A stretch of 64,000 bases of DNA from Eledone cirrhosa (taxonomy: Eukaryota): NCBI GenBank assembly GCA_964016885.1, contig OZ024748.1, positions 48,732,001 through 48,796,000 on the forward strand. The letters are read 5' to 3'. Each line of letters opens with the position of its first letter. Position 1 is the first letter of the stretch. The notes below the pieces were generated by a model. That model was not told where the DNA came from and ran no database searches. It saw only the letters and a program-made list of their open reading frames with translations. The position numbers and the translations under genes are program-made. Below are positions 1 to 12,851 of the stretch, one piece after another.

Positions 1-44
1 ATATATATATCATCATCATCATCGTTTAACGTCCATCTTCCACG

Positions 45-78
<34 letters not shown>

Positions 79-269
79 AATTAAAATACTAGAGTGTGTT
101 GGAGTTAAACACCCTCTTCATATTATAGAAATGGCTCAATGTAATTAAACAGAGATATAGTTCAATGTAATTAATAGCTCAATGTAATTATAGCTCAATG
201 TAATTAAACAGAGCCAAAGAATTATAAAAAATAAACCAAAGAAGCCTTCAATACATCAAAAGTCATTAT

Positions 270-311
270 TTGCCAACAATGTTTCGTCCTATTAAATACT
301 CATCAGGGCAA
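270..311 (-). ncRNA. Type I hammerhead motif, stem II damaged
   Basis: Reverse complement reads TTGCC-CTGATGA-GTATT TAAT AGGAC-GAAAC ATT GT T-GGCAA. Confidence 0.6.
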
Positions 312-462
312 GTAAAGCTACAAGAAGCACTATCGGCCAATACAAGCCAAAAACTCAGAAGAATATAGAGTATACATCTATTAAAGCTTAGGAAAGATGT
401 ATACTCCATATTCTTCTGAGTTTTTGGCTTGTATTGGCCGATAGTGGTTCTTGTAGCTTTAC

Positions 463-504
463 TTGCCCTGATGAGTCCTTAATAGGACGAAACATTGTTG
501 GCTA
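463..504 (+). ncRNA. Type I hammerhead ribozyme motif
   Basis: GCC-CTGATGA-GTCCT TAAT AGGAC-GAAAC ATT GT T-GGC: perfect 5-bp stem II, GUU at the cleavage triplet. Confidence 0.75.
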
Positions 505-546
505 ATAAAGACTTTTGATGTATTGAAAGCTTCTTTGGTTTATTTT

Positions 547-1235
<689 letters not shown>

Positions 1236-1469
1236 CACCCTTGCAAGCAGGGAAAAGTGGACGTAAAATGATGATGATGTATGTCTATATGTATACATAT
1301 GATTGACAACCATGCTAGCCTGGAAGATAGGCGCTAAACGATGATGATGATGATGATATTGTAGGTGAATGTACCTTTTATGTGTTGTACTGCTGAGGTT
1401 GATCTGGTGCTTGTAAGATCAAATACTACCATTTCTCTAGTATTATTATTTACTTTGGTACGGAAAAGG

Positions 1470-1660
1470 GAGGTGAATTGGCAGTATCGGTAGAGCGTTG
1501 GACGCCGTGCTTTCCAGCATAGTTACGTCCCTTTACGATCTGAGTTCAAATCCCGCCGAGGTTGACTTTGCCTTTCATCCTTACGGGGTCGATAAAATAA
1601 AGTACCAGGAATGCACTAGGTAATTGCTGGCCTTGTGCCTAAAGTAGAAACAATTATTAT
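1470..1660 (+). mobile_element. tRNA-derived SINE (family A)
   Basis: A-box-like TGGCAGTATCGG, B-box GAGTTCAAATCC, conserved core GCCTTTCATCCTTACGGGGTCGATAAAATAAAGTACCAG, (ATT)n tail. Confidence 0.9.
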
Positions 1661-1681
1661 TTACTTTGGTACCACCATCAC

Positions 1682-1719
<38 letters not shown>

Positions 1720-2143
1720 CTACCAAAATCAATACCACCACCATTATAATAATAATTTTAACATTGGCATAGATTCCAACAATTTGGGGGGGGGGGGGGG
1801 GGGGGGAGAGAATCAACTAAATCAACCCCAGTATTTCACTGGTACTATATTTAATTGACTCTGGAAAGAAGAAAGGCAAAAGATTTGAACTCAGAACGTA
1901 AAGCATCTGAACAAATACTGCAAGGCATGTTATTTGATGTTCTAACGACTAATAATAATAGCTGTAATGATATTATTGTTGATGTAAGCCCTTGTAAAGC
2001 AGCTATTTTCTCAGTGAATAAGAAAAAAGACAGCCAGTCATGTGACAGCAGAATAATAGTTGAAATCATTTTATAACAAACAAGAATCTCCTGGAGCAGA
2101 AAATTCTAGAAATATGATTCTTCTGAAAGATATATATATATAT

Positions 2144-2266
<123 letters not shown>

Positions 2267-2785
2267 TGAGGAGGAGAGAGAGGCAGATAAAGAGAGAATA
2301 TTGGGCCGAGAGAGAGAGAGAGAGCGAGAGAGATTTCTTCTCATAGCTAAACTTATATTTTATTTCTTCAAATGTACATTCTTCTCCTCTCCACAATAAA
2401 TCTTTTTTTTTCTTTTGAGCTCCTTCTCACTACCACCATCACTGCCTCCAATGCCAAGCTACCACCACCGCCACCACCACACCTCTACTGCTACCATCAG
2501 CATCAATGCCAAGCTACCACTAATACCACCACTGCTACCACCACTACCATTGAATGCCCACTTTTATATTTTTTTTCAAACTATGTAGGTATTTGAAAAT
2601 GAAAAACAAACTAAAAAAACAAGGCACAACAAAACATGGCAAAAATGATGACAGAAATTTCTTTGTAGGCAGTTAAGTTTAAAAAATGTAACTTAGAAAA
2701 ACTAAAAAAAATGATTCTTAACTATAGAAACACAACAAAGGCAACCATAACACACATATTCATACGCACACACACACACACACAC

Positions 2786-2890
<105 letters not shown>

Positions 2891-3060
2891 ATCATCATAT
2901 ATAAAACGTACAACATCATGTACCACTATATAAGAAGTAAGTGAACAAAGAATGTATAATCTTTTTGTTTTATAATTCAATATAAAATTGCTCTCTTGAA
3001 ATCTTGTTTCAATGGAGTTATATTTTTTGTTGTTTTAAATCTTGAGGATCAGGTTATATA

Positions 3061-3109
<49 letters not shown>

Positions 3110-3189
3110 GTAATGCGATATAGCTTCTAGATAGGGCCGTTGTTGTTGTTGTTGTTATTATTATTATTAGTAGTAGAAGTATAAAAATA

Positions 3190-3380
3190 GCTGTGGATTG
3201 GCAGATTCGTTAAAGCATCAGACAAAATGGCTCTTTATGTTCTGAGTTCAAATCCCACTGAGGTTTACTTTACCTTTCATCTTTCCGGGCTAGATTAAAT
3301 AAAGTACCAGTTAAATACTGAGGTCGATATGATCAACTTTCCCTTTCTCCTAAATTGCTGCCCCTGCGCCCATCTTAGAA
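3190..3380 (+). mobile_element. SINE family A, degenerate
   Basis: CTGAGTTCAAATCCC ... CCTTTCATC ... AATAAAGTACCAG. Confidence 0.75.
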
Positions 3381-3524
3381 TTGGGTGGTGCCCCTCCGTT
3401 TCCCTGTTAAAATAAGTTGATTGTGAGTGTTGAAGGTCAGATTAGTTGATGACACATGAAAGACAAAAACGAGGAAAAAACAATGTTTTTCACTGAAATC
3501 GAAGGGGTGGTGATGTTCTTCTAC

Positions 3525-3722
3525 AATAATTGTTTCTACTTTTGGTACAAGACCAGCAATTACCCCAGTGTATTACTGGTGCTTTATTTTATTAACTTGG
3601 CCTTTCATCTGTAAGGATGAAAGACCAAGTTACCCTCAGCAGCATTTGAACTCAGAATGTAAAAGGCCATAGCTCTATGTTGCAATGCATGGTGTCTGAC
3701 GCTCTACCGATTCTGCCAATCC
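3525..3722 (-). mobile_element. SINE family A, degenerate
   Basis: Reverse-complement match (TGTTTCTACTTTTGG ... TTTGAACTCAGA ... CTGCCAATCC). Confidence 0.8.
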
Positions 3723-3794
3723 ATGTTTATTGTTTCTGTTTTATTTGTTTAGACATTAAAATTTTTTTGTAAAATCGCCACTGTCCCTGTGTTT

Positions 3795-4752
3795 AGTGGT
3801 TGTGTAGGTGTCACGACAAAAAGTACCCAGCCCACACTGGAAAGTGGTCGTGTAGGTGTCACGACAAAAAGTACCCAGCCCACACTGGAAAGTGGTCGTG
3901 TAGGTGTCACGACAAAAAGTACCCAGCCTACACTGGAAAGTGGCCGTGTAGGTGTCATGACAAAAAGTACCCAGCCTACACTGGAAAGTGGTCGTGTAGG
4001 TGTCATGACAAAAAGTACCCAGCCTACACTGGAAAGTGGTCGTGTAGGTGTCATGACAAAAAGTACCCAGCCCACACTGGAAAGTGGTCGTGTAGGTGTC
4101 ACGACAAAAAGTACCCAGCCCACACTGGAAAGTGGTTGTGTAGGTGTCACGACAAAAAGTACCCAGCCTACACTGGAAAGTGGTTGTGTAGGTGTCACGA
4201 CAAAAAGTACCCAGCCCACACTGGAAAGTGGTTGTGTAGGTGTCACGACAAAAAGTACCCAGCCCACACTGGAAAGTGGTCGTGTAGGTGTCACGACAAA
4301 AAGTACCCAGCCCACACTGGAAAGTGGTTGTGTAGGTGTCACGACAAAAAGTACCCAGCCCACACTGGAAAGTGGTCGTGTAGGTGTCACGACAAAAAGT
4401 ACCCAGCCCACACTGGAAAGTGGTTGTGTAGGTGTCACGACAAAAAGTACCCAGCCCACACTGGAAAGTGGTCGTGTAGGTGTCACGACAAAAAGTACCC
4501 AGCCCACACTGGAAAGTGGTCGTGTAGGTGTCACGACAAAAAGTACCCAGCCCACACTGGAAAGTGGTCGTGTAGGTGTCACGACAAAAAGTACCCAGCC
4601 CACACTGGAAAGTGGTCGTGTAGGTGTCACGACAAAAAGTACCCAGCCCACACTGGAAAGTGGTCGTGTAGGTGTCATGACAAAAAGCCCCGACCCTACA
4701 CTGGAAAGTGGTCGTGTAGGTGTCACGACAAAAAGCCCCCAGCCTACACTGT
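3795..4752 (+). repeat. 48-bp minisatellite (~20 units) derived from an RTE 3' UTR
   Basis: Unit GTGGTCGTGTAGGTGTCACGACAAAAAGTACCCAGCCCACACTGGAAA; matches the RTE 3' UTR at ~7570-7680. Confidence 0.95.
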
Positions 4753-4913
4753 AAATGTGGTTGGCGTTAGAAAGGGCATCAAGCAATAGAAGACCAGCCA
4801 GAAACAGTCCTATACGAGCGAGACATGGTCACCCGACCCAACTTGCCTCAAATGGGACAAACCCGTTTAACCCATGCTAGCGTGGGAGATAGATGTTAAA
4901 CGATGATGATGAT
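4745..4913 (+). mobile_element. RTE LINE 3' end with (GAT)n tail
   Basis: GTTGGCGTTAGAAAGGGCATC ... CCCATGCTAGCGTGG ... GTTAAACGATGATGAT, as at 7680-7838. Confidence 0.85.
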
Positions 4914-5141
4914 ATTTCAGTCCTTCTATTCAATAAAGAAAAAATTATTATGAAAATGGTGGATGTCAGAAATTTGTTGAGTATTCGACAAAACAGTTAA
5001 ATTCCTTTAGTTTCTGAGTTCTAATCCCGTTGAGGTCAAATTTATCTTTTATTGTTCTTTACTTGATAAAGTACTGGGGTTGATTTAATTGACTGTTTCC
5101 TCCCTCCCTCCACCATATTCAATACTGTATCTCTATATGTC

Positions 5142-5404
5142 TTAACCCTTTAGCATTTAAACTGGCCATATCCGGCCAGAACTCTCTCACTACTTTCTTT
5201 TCAAACTGGCTGTAACTAGCCACTCATACTGATGTTAAGATATTGTTCAAAATAAATAATATCAAAATCTTATAGATTTGATATTATGTGAGATAATTAT
5301 GTCAGATAAAGCCTTTACCATAAATATATGATAGTATATATAATAGTAAATATAATAGTAAATGTAATAGTATATATAGAGTAATGTAAGTGCTAAAGGG
5401 TTAA
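5142..5404. mobile_element. piggyBac-type MITE (TTAA ends, CCCTTTAGCA TIR)
   Basis: TTAA-CCCTTTAGCA ... TGCTAAAGGG-TTAA; homologous to 16806-17034 and 36678-37113. Confidence 0.8.
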
Positions 5405-5419
5405 GGCATCAAAAACATC

Positions 5420-5700
5420 CAAACCCTGATGGATATTTACCTGTGTACTAAATTAATCACTGAACTCGTTGCTCATTCATACCTTGTTGGCAGCATCAAC
5501 ACCTCTGTATATGTTTTGCACAGCTCTTCCCAGCCATTCATCTACACATGGGTTTTTAGTGACCACCACACTACAGAGTGTTTAACCCTGTCAAAGGCCT
5601 TCTCTACATTGATGTATGCTAGATAGAATGGTTAACTCCTAGTTCCAACCTTCAGCTAATATGTGGTCTTCACATATACAGTGTCTGCTGTGGAATCCTG
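5420..5700 (-). pseudogene. RTE-type reverse transcriptase fragment
   Basis: Minus-strand translation PFYLAYINVEKAFDRVKHSVVWW...DEWLGRAVQNIY...VNIHQG resembles non-LTR RT motifs (KAFD, QG); contains stops and a frameshift. Confidence 0.75.
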
Positions 5701-5949
5701 ACTGCTTGATAATATCTTTATTCTATGTCTGTGATTGCCATGCATGGGTGGCCTCTGTTTGCCATGCATGGGTGGCCTCTGTTTGCTGTGGATTCAATGG
5801 TTGAAACAAACTGAACCAGTCCTGGGAGAACCCCTATACAAGTACAAATGAGCAAGTTTACACCTAATTAGGTACTTATCTAGTTGTTGTGTCCATAGGA
5901 ACATAGGTACCAGTGGTATATCCCAACCTGACACAAACTTCAGCTGTAT

Positions 5950-6317
5950 CTCATCACCACCACCACTATCACCACCACCACCACCACCACCACCACCACC
6001 ACCACCACCACCACCACCACCACCATCACCATCACCACCATCTTCACCATCACCACCATCTTCACCACCACCATCATCACCACTACCACTATCACCACCA
6101 CCACTATCACCACCATCACCACCACCACTATCACCACCATCACCACCACCACTACCACCATCGCCATCACCACCACCATCGCCATCACCACCATCACCAC
6201 CACCACTATCACCACCATCACCACCACCACTATCACCACCACCACTATCACCACCATCACCACCACCACTACCACCATCGCCACCACCACCACCACCACC
6301 ACCACCACCACCACCAC
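5950..6317. repeat. (CAC)n/(CAT)n trinucleotide array
   Basis: Direct reading; source of the poly-His and poly-Val ORFs. Confidence 0.95.
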
Positions 6318-6939
6318 CTCTTATGTCCTGTCTGTCTGTCTTTCACTGTTTTGTTTTTCTTGTCTCTCTCTTATTCCCCTGTCTCTCTCCCTCTCTCTCT
6401 CCCTTCTTCCCCTCCCCCTCTATCTCTCTCCCTTCTTCTCCTCCCCCTCTATTCTCTCTCCCCCTCTCATACCCCCCCCCCTCTCTGTTTATCTAACTAT
6501 CTACTGTCTGGCTAATTTGTCTAATTCTTCAATCAATCACATGCAACAGACTTCTGCATTGACATGAATCTGTAAAGAACAGTCAAAATCCACCCCCAAC
6601 CACAGGAATACCACCCTCCCTCTTCATAATATCGTTAATAAACAAACAGTCTCTCGGCACTTTATATATTTAATTTATTTATTTGATATTTACCAATTGA
6701 ACAGAATTAACTAAGATTTTACAAACTCACCACCACCACCATTACCATCATCATCACCCAACCATCCTATCCCTCTCTCTCTCCCATATGTGTGTGTTAA
6801 AACTCTACCTTTACCCAACCATTTTATTTCTTTCATTCATATATATATATATATATATGTAGAAGTTCTATTTAAATTGTTGGGATACAACAAGCAAATA
6901 TTTTTATAACTGATATAAAGCACTCAACAAATTATTGGA

Positions 6940-7835
6940 GAAACAGTAGACACCTTCTGCTACCTAGGTGACCGAATTAGCAGCAGAGGTGGGTGTTCGG
7001 AAAGTACAATAACTAGGGTAAGAACGGGATGGAAGAAGTTCAGGGAGCTACTGCCACTGCTAGCTGCAAAAGGCTTTTCCCTCAAAATGAAAGGCAGACT
7101 ATGATGTGTGTATACGAACAGCAATGTTACATGGTAGTGAGACCTGGGCACTGTCTGTGGAAGACTTGCGTAGATTAGAAAGAAATGAAGCCTGCATGCT
7201 CCGATGGATGTGTAATAGTAATATACGCGAACGGCAAAGCATAAATGAATTGAGAGAGAGACTGAGCGTAAGAGGAATCAAATGGTGTGAGCAGGAGAGG
7301 AGGTTGCGTTGGTATGGACATGTGATGCGTATGAAGGATGACAGCTGCATAAAAAGGTGCAGAGCACTAGAAGTCGATGGAAACCGCGGAGTGGGGAGAC
7401 CCAAGAAGACCTGGTATGAGGTGATAAAAGCCGACCTTACCCAATTACACCTCTCAAATGTGATGACACAGGACTGTGACCTCTGGCGTCACGCAGTAAT
7501 ACAGAAGAGCCCCCCCCCCCACGGGTACAAGCCGAAGCTGAGGCATATAGACAATATGGCCCCACACCCTCCCACTGTAAAGTAGTCATGGAGATGCCAC
7601 GGCAAAAAAACACCCAGCCCACACTGTAAAGTGGACGTGTAGGCGCCACGAAAAAAAAGCACCCAACACTCACTGTAAATGAGGTTGGTGTTAGGAAGGA
7701 CATCCAGCTGTAGAAATCAAGCCAAAATCAGTTCCCATATGAACAAGATAAGGTCAGCCGACCGGACACTGCCCACAACAGGACAACCCATCTAACTCAT
7801 GCTAGCGTGGAAGAACGGATGTAAAACGATGATGA

Positions 7836-7838
<3 letters not shown>
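6940..7838 (+). mobile_element. 5'-truncated RTE LINE (ORF C-terminus, 3' UTR, GAT tail)
   Basis: TVDTFCYLGD...GWKKFRELLPLL...(frameshift ~7100)...MLHGSETW...LRWYGHVMRM...GRPKKTW, the typical RTE C-terminus. Confidence 0.92.
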
Positions 7839-7885
<47 letters not shown>

Positions 7886-7952
7886 TTATCTAAAGGCATT
7901 TTTTCTGATTCCAACCCGCCCGTCCCCTCAATCTATCTTATTTCTCATTCTT

Positions 7953-7988
7953 TCTTCTGATGAAGGACTAGCGTCCGAAACGTTAAGA
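7953..7988 (+). ncRNA. Type I hammerhead motif (PLE-type) in a pLTR-like fragment ~7883-8070
   Basis: TCTT-CTGATGA-A-GGAC TAGC GTCC-GAAA CG T T-AAGA; palindromic AACGTT; identical copy at 34619-34654 (-). Confidence 0.75.
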
Positions 7989-8090
7989 CCTTCTTCCTGC
8001 TATATCAAGCGTTAACCTAATATATTCCTTCCATATACTGTACCGATTGTGTTGTTATTTCTGTTTACCTTTTATATATATATATACACA

Positions 8091-8121
<31 letters not shown>

Positions 8122-8134
8122 GCGCGCGCACACA

Positions 8135-8896
8135 CAGAATGGCCCGGTGTTGTTCGGGCTTCTAAACATAGATTGGCATGTTTATCCCTCCTTTCTGAAA
8201 CAGTACAGAGAAGTACGGAATACCCCGGGCCTGTTGATGGTGTCTAAATCTTGCGCTTATAAAAAAAATTAATCGTAGATTACCAGGGGTTTAACTTAAT
8301 TGGGTGCCTGAGAGTAAAATGTTCAACCCACGAAAGCCAAGACGATAGGGTTAAGTAAAAGGCATTCGACAAACCGAACATGTATTTGTTGTGCTATGGT
8401 ACAATGAAAGCAATAGTTCCAGAGCAGTAAGCATGTGGGACTGCAGTGGTGGAGAGCATGAAGGAATTTAGTTGGATACTTTTCAGGTTACAAAAATCTA
8501 CCCAATCTGATATAGACTGAATTGTTATATCAGATGCCGAACGCTTCGGAGTTACTATTGGGGTCACCATCAACAATTTCAAGGGATGTACGTTTAAGTA
8601 GGGATAATATAGTCTTTAAAGAGAGGTAACTCTTTCAAAATACTACAGAGTTTTCTCTCTTGAACATTGTAGACAAAATTGCTGAACTAACTGACAAAAA
8701 GGGCTTAAAGTTTTAGTGAAAAAAATGCCTCCTTTAACAACAGAAAATTGAAAAATAAAAGCTGCAGTTAATATCTTTAAACCGCAAGGAATATATAAAT
8801 GCAAGTTTGAAGTCAATCGGAGTAGAAATGTGGATTTGTATAGACTTTGCCAAAATTAGGGGACACACACACACAGACAACTTCAGTTTTATATAC
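8135..8896 (-). mobile_element. Non-autonomous Helitron-like element, copy 1
   Basis: Shares ~130 bp left end and ~165 bp right end with 19099-20396; subterminal GC-rich hairpin remnant at ~8142-8159; terminal CTAG not visible in this copy. Confidence 0.65.
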
Positions 8897-9010
8897 ATGT
8901 AAAAAGAGAGATCATCTGAAACTGTTTCAAATGATCTCGCTTAGGGTGAAAGCAGGAAATGTTTGGTAAAACTTTTAATCAGTACTAATAATAAATATTT
9001 ACTCTATGAG

Positions 9011-9076
<66 letters not shown>

Positions 9077-9115
9077 ACACTCTTATCGAATCCTCTTTGA
9101 GTTTTGGTTTTCGTA

Positions 9116-9153
<38 letters not shown>

Positions 9154-9730
9154 TTATCATCATTGTTTAACATCTGATATATATACTATATATATGTTAA
9201 AACTCTACTAACCATTCTGTCTCTATATATGTTTATCCATCTATTAAAGTTCCTCCTCTACCAATTTTCTCTCATCTGTCTACTTAGTATGTCTGTCAAT
9301 ATAATAATTACACCCACCCCCTCTCTCTCTTTCAATGTCTCTCTTTTATTGTCTCCCTTTCTTTCTCTCCCTTCTCCCTCTCTTTCTTTCTATCCCTTCT
9401 CCCTCTCTCTCATTCTCTCTCACTTTCACTGTCTCTCTCAATGTTCCCCTCTCTCAATGTGTCCCTCTCTCCCAATGTCTCTCCCAATATCCCTCTCTCT
9501 CAATCTCTTTCTTATTGTCTCCCTTTCTTTCTCCCCCAATATGGCTGTCTTATTGACTGTTGTATTTGTCCACTCCGTCTTGTCTGTTGTTACTGTTGTT
9601 GCTGTTGCCATTGTTGCTGTTGTTATTGTTGCTGTGGTTGTTATATTTTGGAATGTTTCCACTCTACTCTTTCATCTTGGCTTTTTTTAATCTATTTTCT
9701 TCGAACATATCTTTTTACTTCTGTCTCGTA

Positions 9731-9838
<108 letters not shown>

Positions 9839-10729
9839 ATATATCCCTTCTGTCAGTCTATCTGTCTCTCTTTCTCTCTCAAGCGTGGAAAAACGGATAT
9901 AAAAATGAATATCTCTCTCTCTGCCTCCTACTCCACCTCACTAACACCCTCTCTCTCATTTTTACTTAGCTATATATTATTACTCAATAAATCAATACTG
10001 AGCTATCTTCCTTAATTTAAAGTGATGAAGGCAATGGTATTTATCAAATCTCCTACCATACATACACACAATTATTTTCAATTCTTCTTTACAGTATATC
10101 TTCTTTACCTCTTCATAACCTTTCCTTTTTCAGCTCTAGATACATTTATTTCTGTTGTTGTTGTTTTGTTTTTAACCTCCCCCCCCATCTCTTGCCCAAA
10201 CAACACCCCATAGATGTTGTTTTTCTCTGTGTTCCTTTGATGTGTCGTCCCACCACTCCCAATCTACACCATTATTCACTCATCATGGCTTTAAAACTTT
10301 TCTTTAGTCCATTATTATAGTTTCACTTGGTATATGTATATATATTAGAATATTAGAAGAATGTAATACTTTCCTTTCACCATCACTGATACCATCAACA
10401 CCATCAACACCATTACCACCAATGACACCACCACCACCATCCCCCATCTCCATCACCCACAACCATCACAACAACAACTACCAAAACGACTACCATCACC
10501 ATAAACACCACCACAATAACAGCAACTACCAAAACGACCACCACCACCACAACAACAACAACAACAACAACAACTACCACCACCACTACCACTAGCATCA
10601 TCATCATCCCTTGCAAAAAAAATGTGTCATGTTTTTTTCATGGCAGCAGTCTTTAATAGTCTCACATTTTCAGCAGTGTACCACATGGTCATTGTAATAG
10701 TATATCTGTCTGTCTGTCTGTTTGGCTGA

Positions 10730-10766
<37 letters not shown>

Positions 10767-11272
10767 ATACTATACCACTACCAGACCTATCTATCTGTCT
10801 GCCTGTTTATCTGTATAGCTGTTTGTCTATTCAACTATCTGTCTGCCTATCTATCTACCAACTTACCTGTCTATCTACCTGTCTCTGTGTAGTCAAGTAC
10901 TGGTGTCAATATAATTCCACCCCAAATAGTTCGTGGGTGGGGGTGGGAGGGGGATTCAGTCCAAACACTGCCCTGCCCTAGACCTAGAGTCCACCACCCT
11001 CCCCCCTTCCCTCCTTCTGTGGCCCAAGAGTCCTTGCTTTTTCCCTCCTTTTCCTCATTTATGGCATTTATAGTCCTTTCCTCTACAGCCAGATCTGCCC
11101 TTCCCCTTCCCCCTTAATTTTGTTTTTATCTTGTTCATATTTATGTAATTAACAATGGTTTTTAAGACAACGTTGTGAGTGAAACACGTGTATTGAGAAT
11201 AAACAGTTATTTTACCTTCACTAAAAACAAAAAAAAAAATAATGATAAAAGTTAGCCTCATGCCTAACTTAT

Positions 11273-11274
<2 letters not shown>

Positions 11275-11334
<60 letters not shown>

Positions 11335-11490
11335 GTCATCATCACCACCATCATCACCACCACCACCACAATCATCACCATCATCACCACCACCATCATC
11401 ATCATCACCATCACCACGACCACGACCACCATCACCACCACCGCCACCATCACCATCATCATCATCACCACCACCATCATCATCATCATT
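11275..11490. repeat. (CAT)n/(CAC)n array
   Basis: Direct reading. Confidence 0.95.
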
Positions 11491-11842
11491 GTTGTTAATG
11501 TTGTAATTAGTGTAATATTAGCTATATTTCCCCTTGAATAGCACATTGCATTTGTTTTCAAGATAATATAATTTATATAAAAATAATAAATAAATAAAGA
11601 TTTAGAAAAGAAAAGACCCCCCCACCCCACAACAGCCCCAAACCAATATTTTCCTGATTCTATATTGTGGTTGTCATCATATATTACTAAATAGATTATA
11701 TATAAAGTTTTCTGTTATGACGAGAGCCTAACATAGCCTGAACTTCTGGTGAAATGTACTTTATTGGATAACAGTGAAATTAGCATTAAGATCTTCTTAG
11801 AATATATCTTTAGGCATTAGTTGCAGATCCCATCATCAGTAT

Positions 11843-12235
11843 CATTATTATTATTATTTGAAACTTTCTTTGAATTCTGCTTCTTTCCCAAATCATGTCG
11901 AGTGTCAACCTGGCACCTGACGCAAAATTTGATAATACACAATCAATTGTCATACAAATGATGCCACAAGGACATACACAACAGTAAATGTCTTTGCAAG
12001 GTTTTTAAATTGATAATGTCCTTCTCGGGATGGGGACAGTACCAGTCAGCACTATTTTCTGTATCTTTTGCAAAGATGGCTTTCCAGGTATCTGGTTCAA
12101 ATATTTTTAAGTCCCCTTTTTTATAATTCCAAGTGTACTGACTTTCACTGAGGTTGTACAGGCCTTAAGATGCCGCATTTTCTCAATTTCAATATTTACT
12201 GAGCTTTCAGAACTCTTTCGAGATGTGTTACAAAT
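11843..12235 (-). mobile_element. R4/Dong-like non-LTR element 3' fragment with (TAA)n tail
   Basis: Minus strand: IEIEKMRHLK...LGIIKKG...IPGKPSLQKIQKIVLTGTVPIPRRTLSI*, resembling the C-terminus of R4/Dong restriction-like endonucleases; then 3' UTR and TAA repeats. Confidence 0.7.
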
Positions 12236-12238
12236 AGT

Positions 12239-12358
12239 TAATATAGAAAGGCTTCTACAGGATTAGAACTGTTTCATTTGGGAGAAATCATCAGGAAGCT
12301 TCCTGATGATTTCTCCCGAATGAAATAGTTCTAGTCATGTAGAAGCCTTTCTATATTA
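12239..12358. repeat. Spacer-less ~60-bp-arm palindrome with HHR-like cores
   Basis: Centre GGAAGCTTCC; each arm reads CTGATGA...GAAA outward; abuts (TA)n. Confidence 0.8.
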
Positions 12359-12531
12359 TATATATATATATATATAAGCAAGATGTAAGGTAGGTCGTAT
12401 GTGAATCGCGATGATCACGTCTGACCTACCAAATATGCGACGGTAGCTAGTTAAGCTCTATGCGTATAAGCAGAGCAGAAATATTAATGAAAAAGAACAA
12501 AGGAACTATTATGACATTATAACAAGTTTAT

Positions 12532-12578
12532 TGCCGACAGCCGTTTCGTCCGACCATATGGTGGGACTTTTCAAGGCA
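12532..12578 (-). ncRNA. Hammerhead ribozyme, U3:A8 core variant
   Basis: Exact reverse complement of 12727-12773. Confidence 0.75.
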
Positions 12579-12726
12579 TATAGCAGGTGATTGTAAGTTC
12601 ATTATTTACATCAACGTTTCACCCCCAAAATATACAAGCGGAGCTGCTGATGTATACTACAATTTCAAACTGCTAATCTTGAGTGAAACGTTGATGTAAA
12701 TAATGAACTTACAATTACCTGTTATA

Positions 12727-12773
12727 TGCCTTGAAAAGTCCCACCATATGGTCGGACGAAACGGCTGTCGGCA
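12727..12773 (+). ncRNA. Hammerhead ribozyme, U3:A8 core variant
   Basis: TGCC-TTGAAAA-GTCC C ACC ATAT GGT C GGAC-GAAAC GGCT GTC-GGCA; GUC cleavage triplet. Confidence 0.78.
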
Positions 12774-12817
12774 ATAAACTTGTTATAATGTCATAATAGT
12801 TCCTTTGTTCTTTTTCA

Positions 12818-12849
<32 letters not shown>

Positions 12850-12851
<2 letters not shown>

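Larger units (their letters stand above)
12376..12823. mobile_element. Penelope-like pLTR fold-back insertion in (TA)n
   Basis: Inverted arms ~12481-12622 and ~12683-12823, ~60-nt spacer, longer minus arm, HHR in each arm. Confidence 0.8.

Noticed and set aside
1470-1560. SINE heads as functional tRNA genes
   Set aside because: A and B boxes are present but there is no cloverleaf, and each is fused to the SINE core and tail.
3749-4789. 321-345 aa repeat ORFs, including a Cys/His-rich one resembling a zinc-finger array
   Set aside because: The 48-bp unit is a multiple of 3 and derives from a LINE 3' UTR; no sign of codon-level constraint.
8540-8600. VTIGVTINNFKGCTF resembling the PIF1 helicase motif AMTINKSQGQTL
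   Set aside because: Weak match, stop immediately after, and on the opposite strand to the inferred Helitron orientation.
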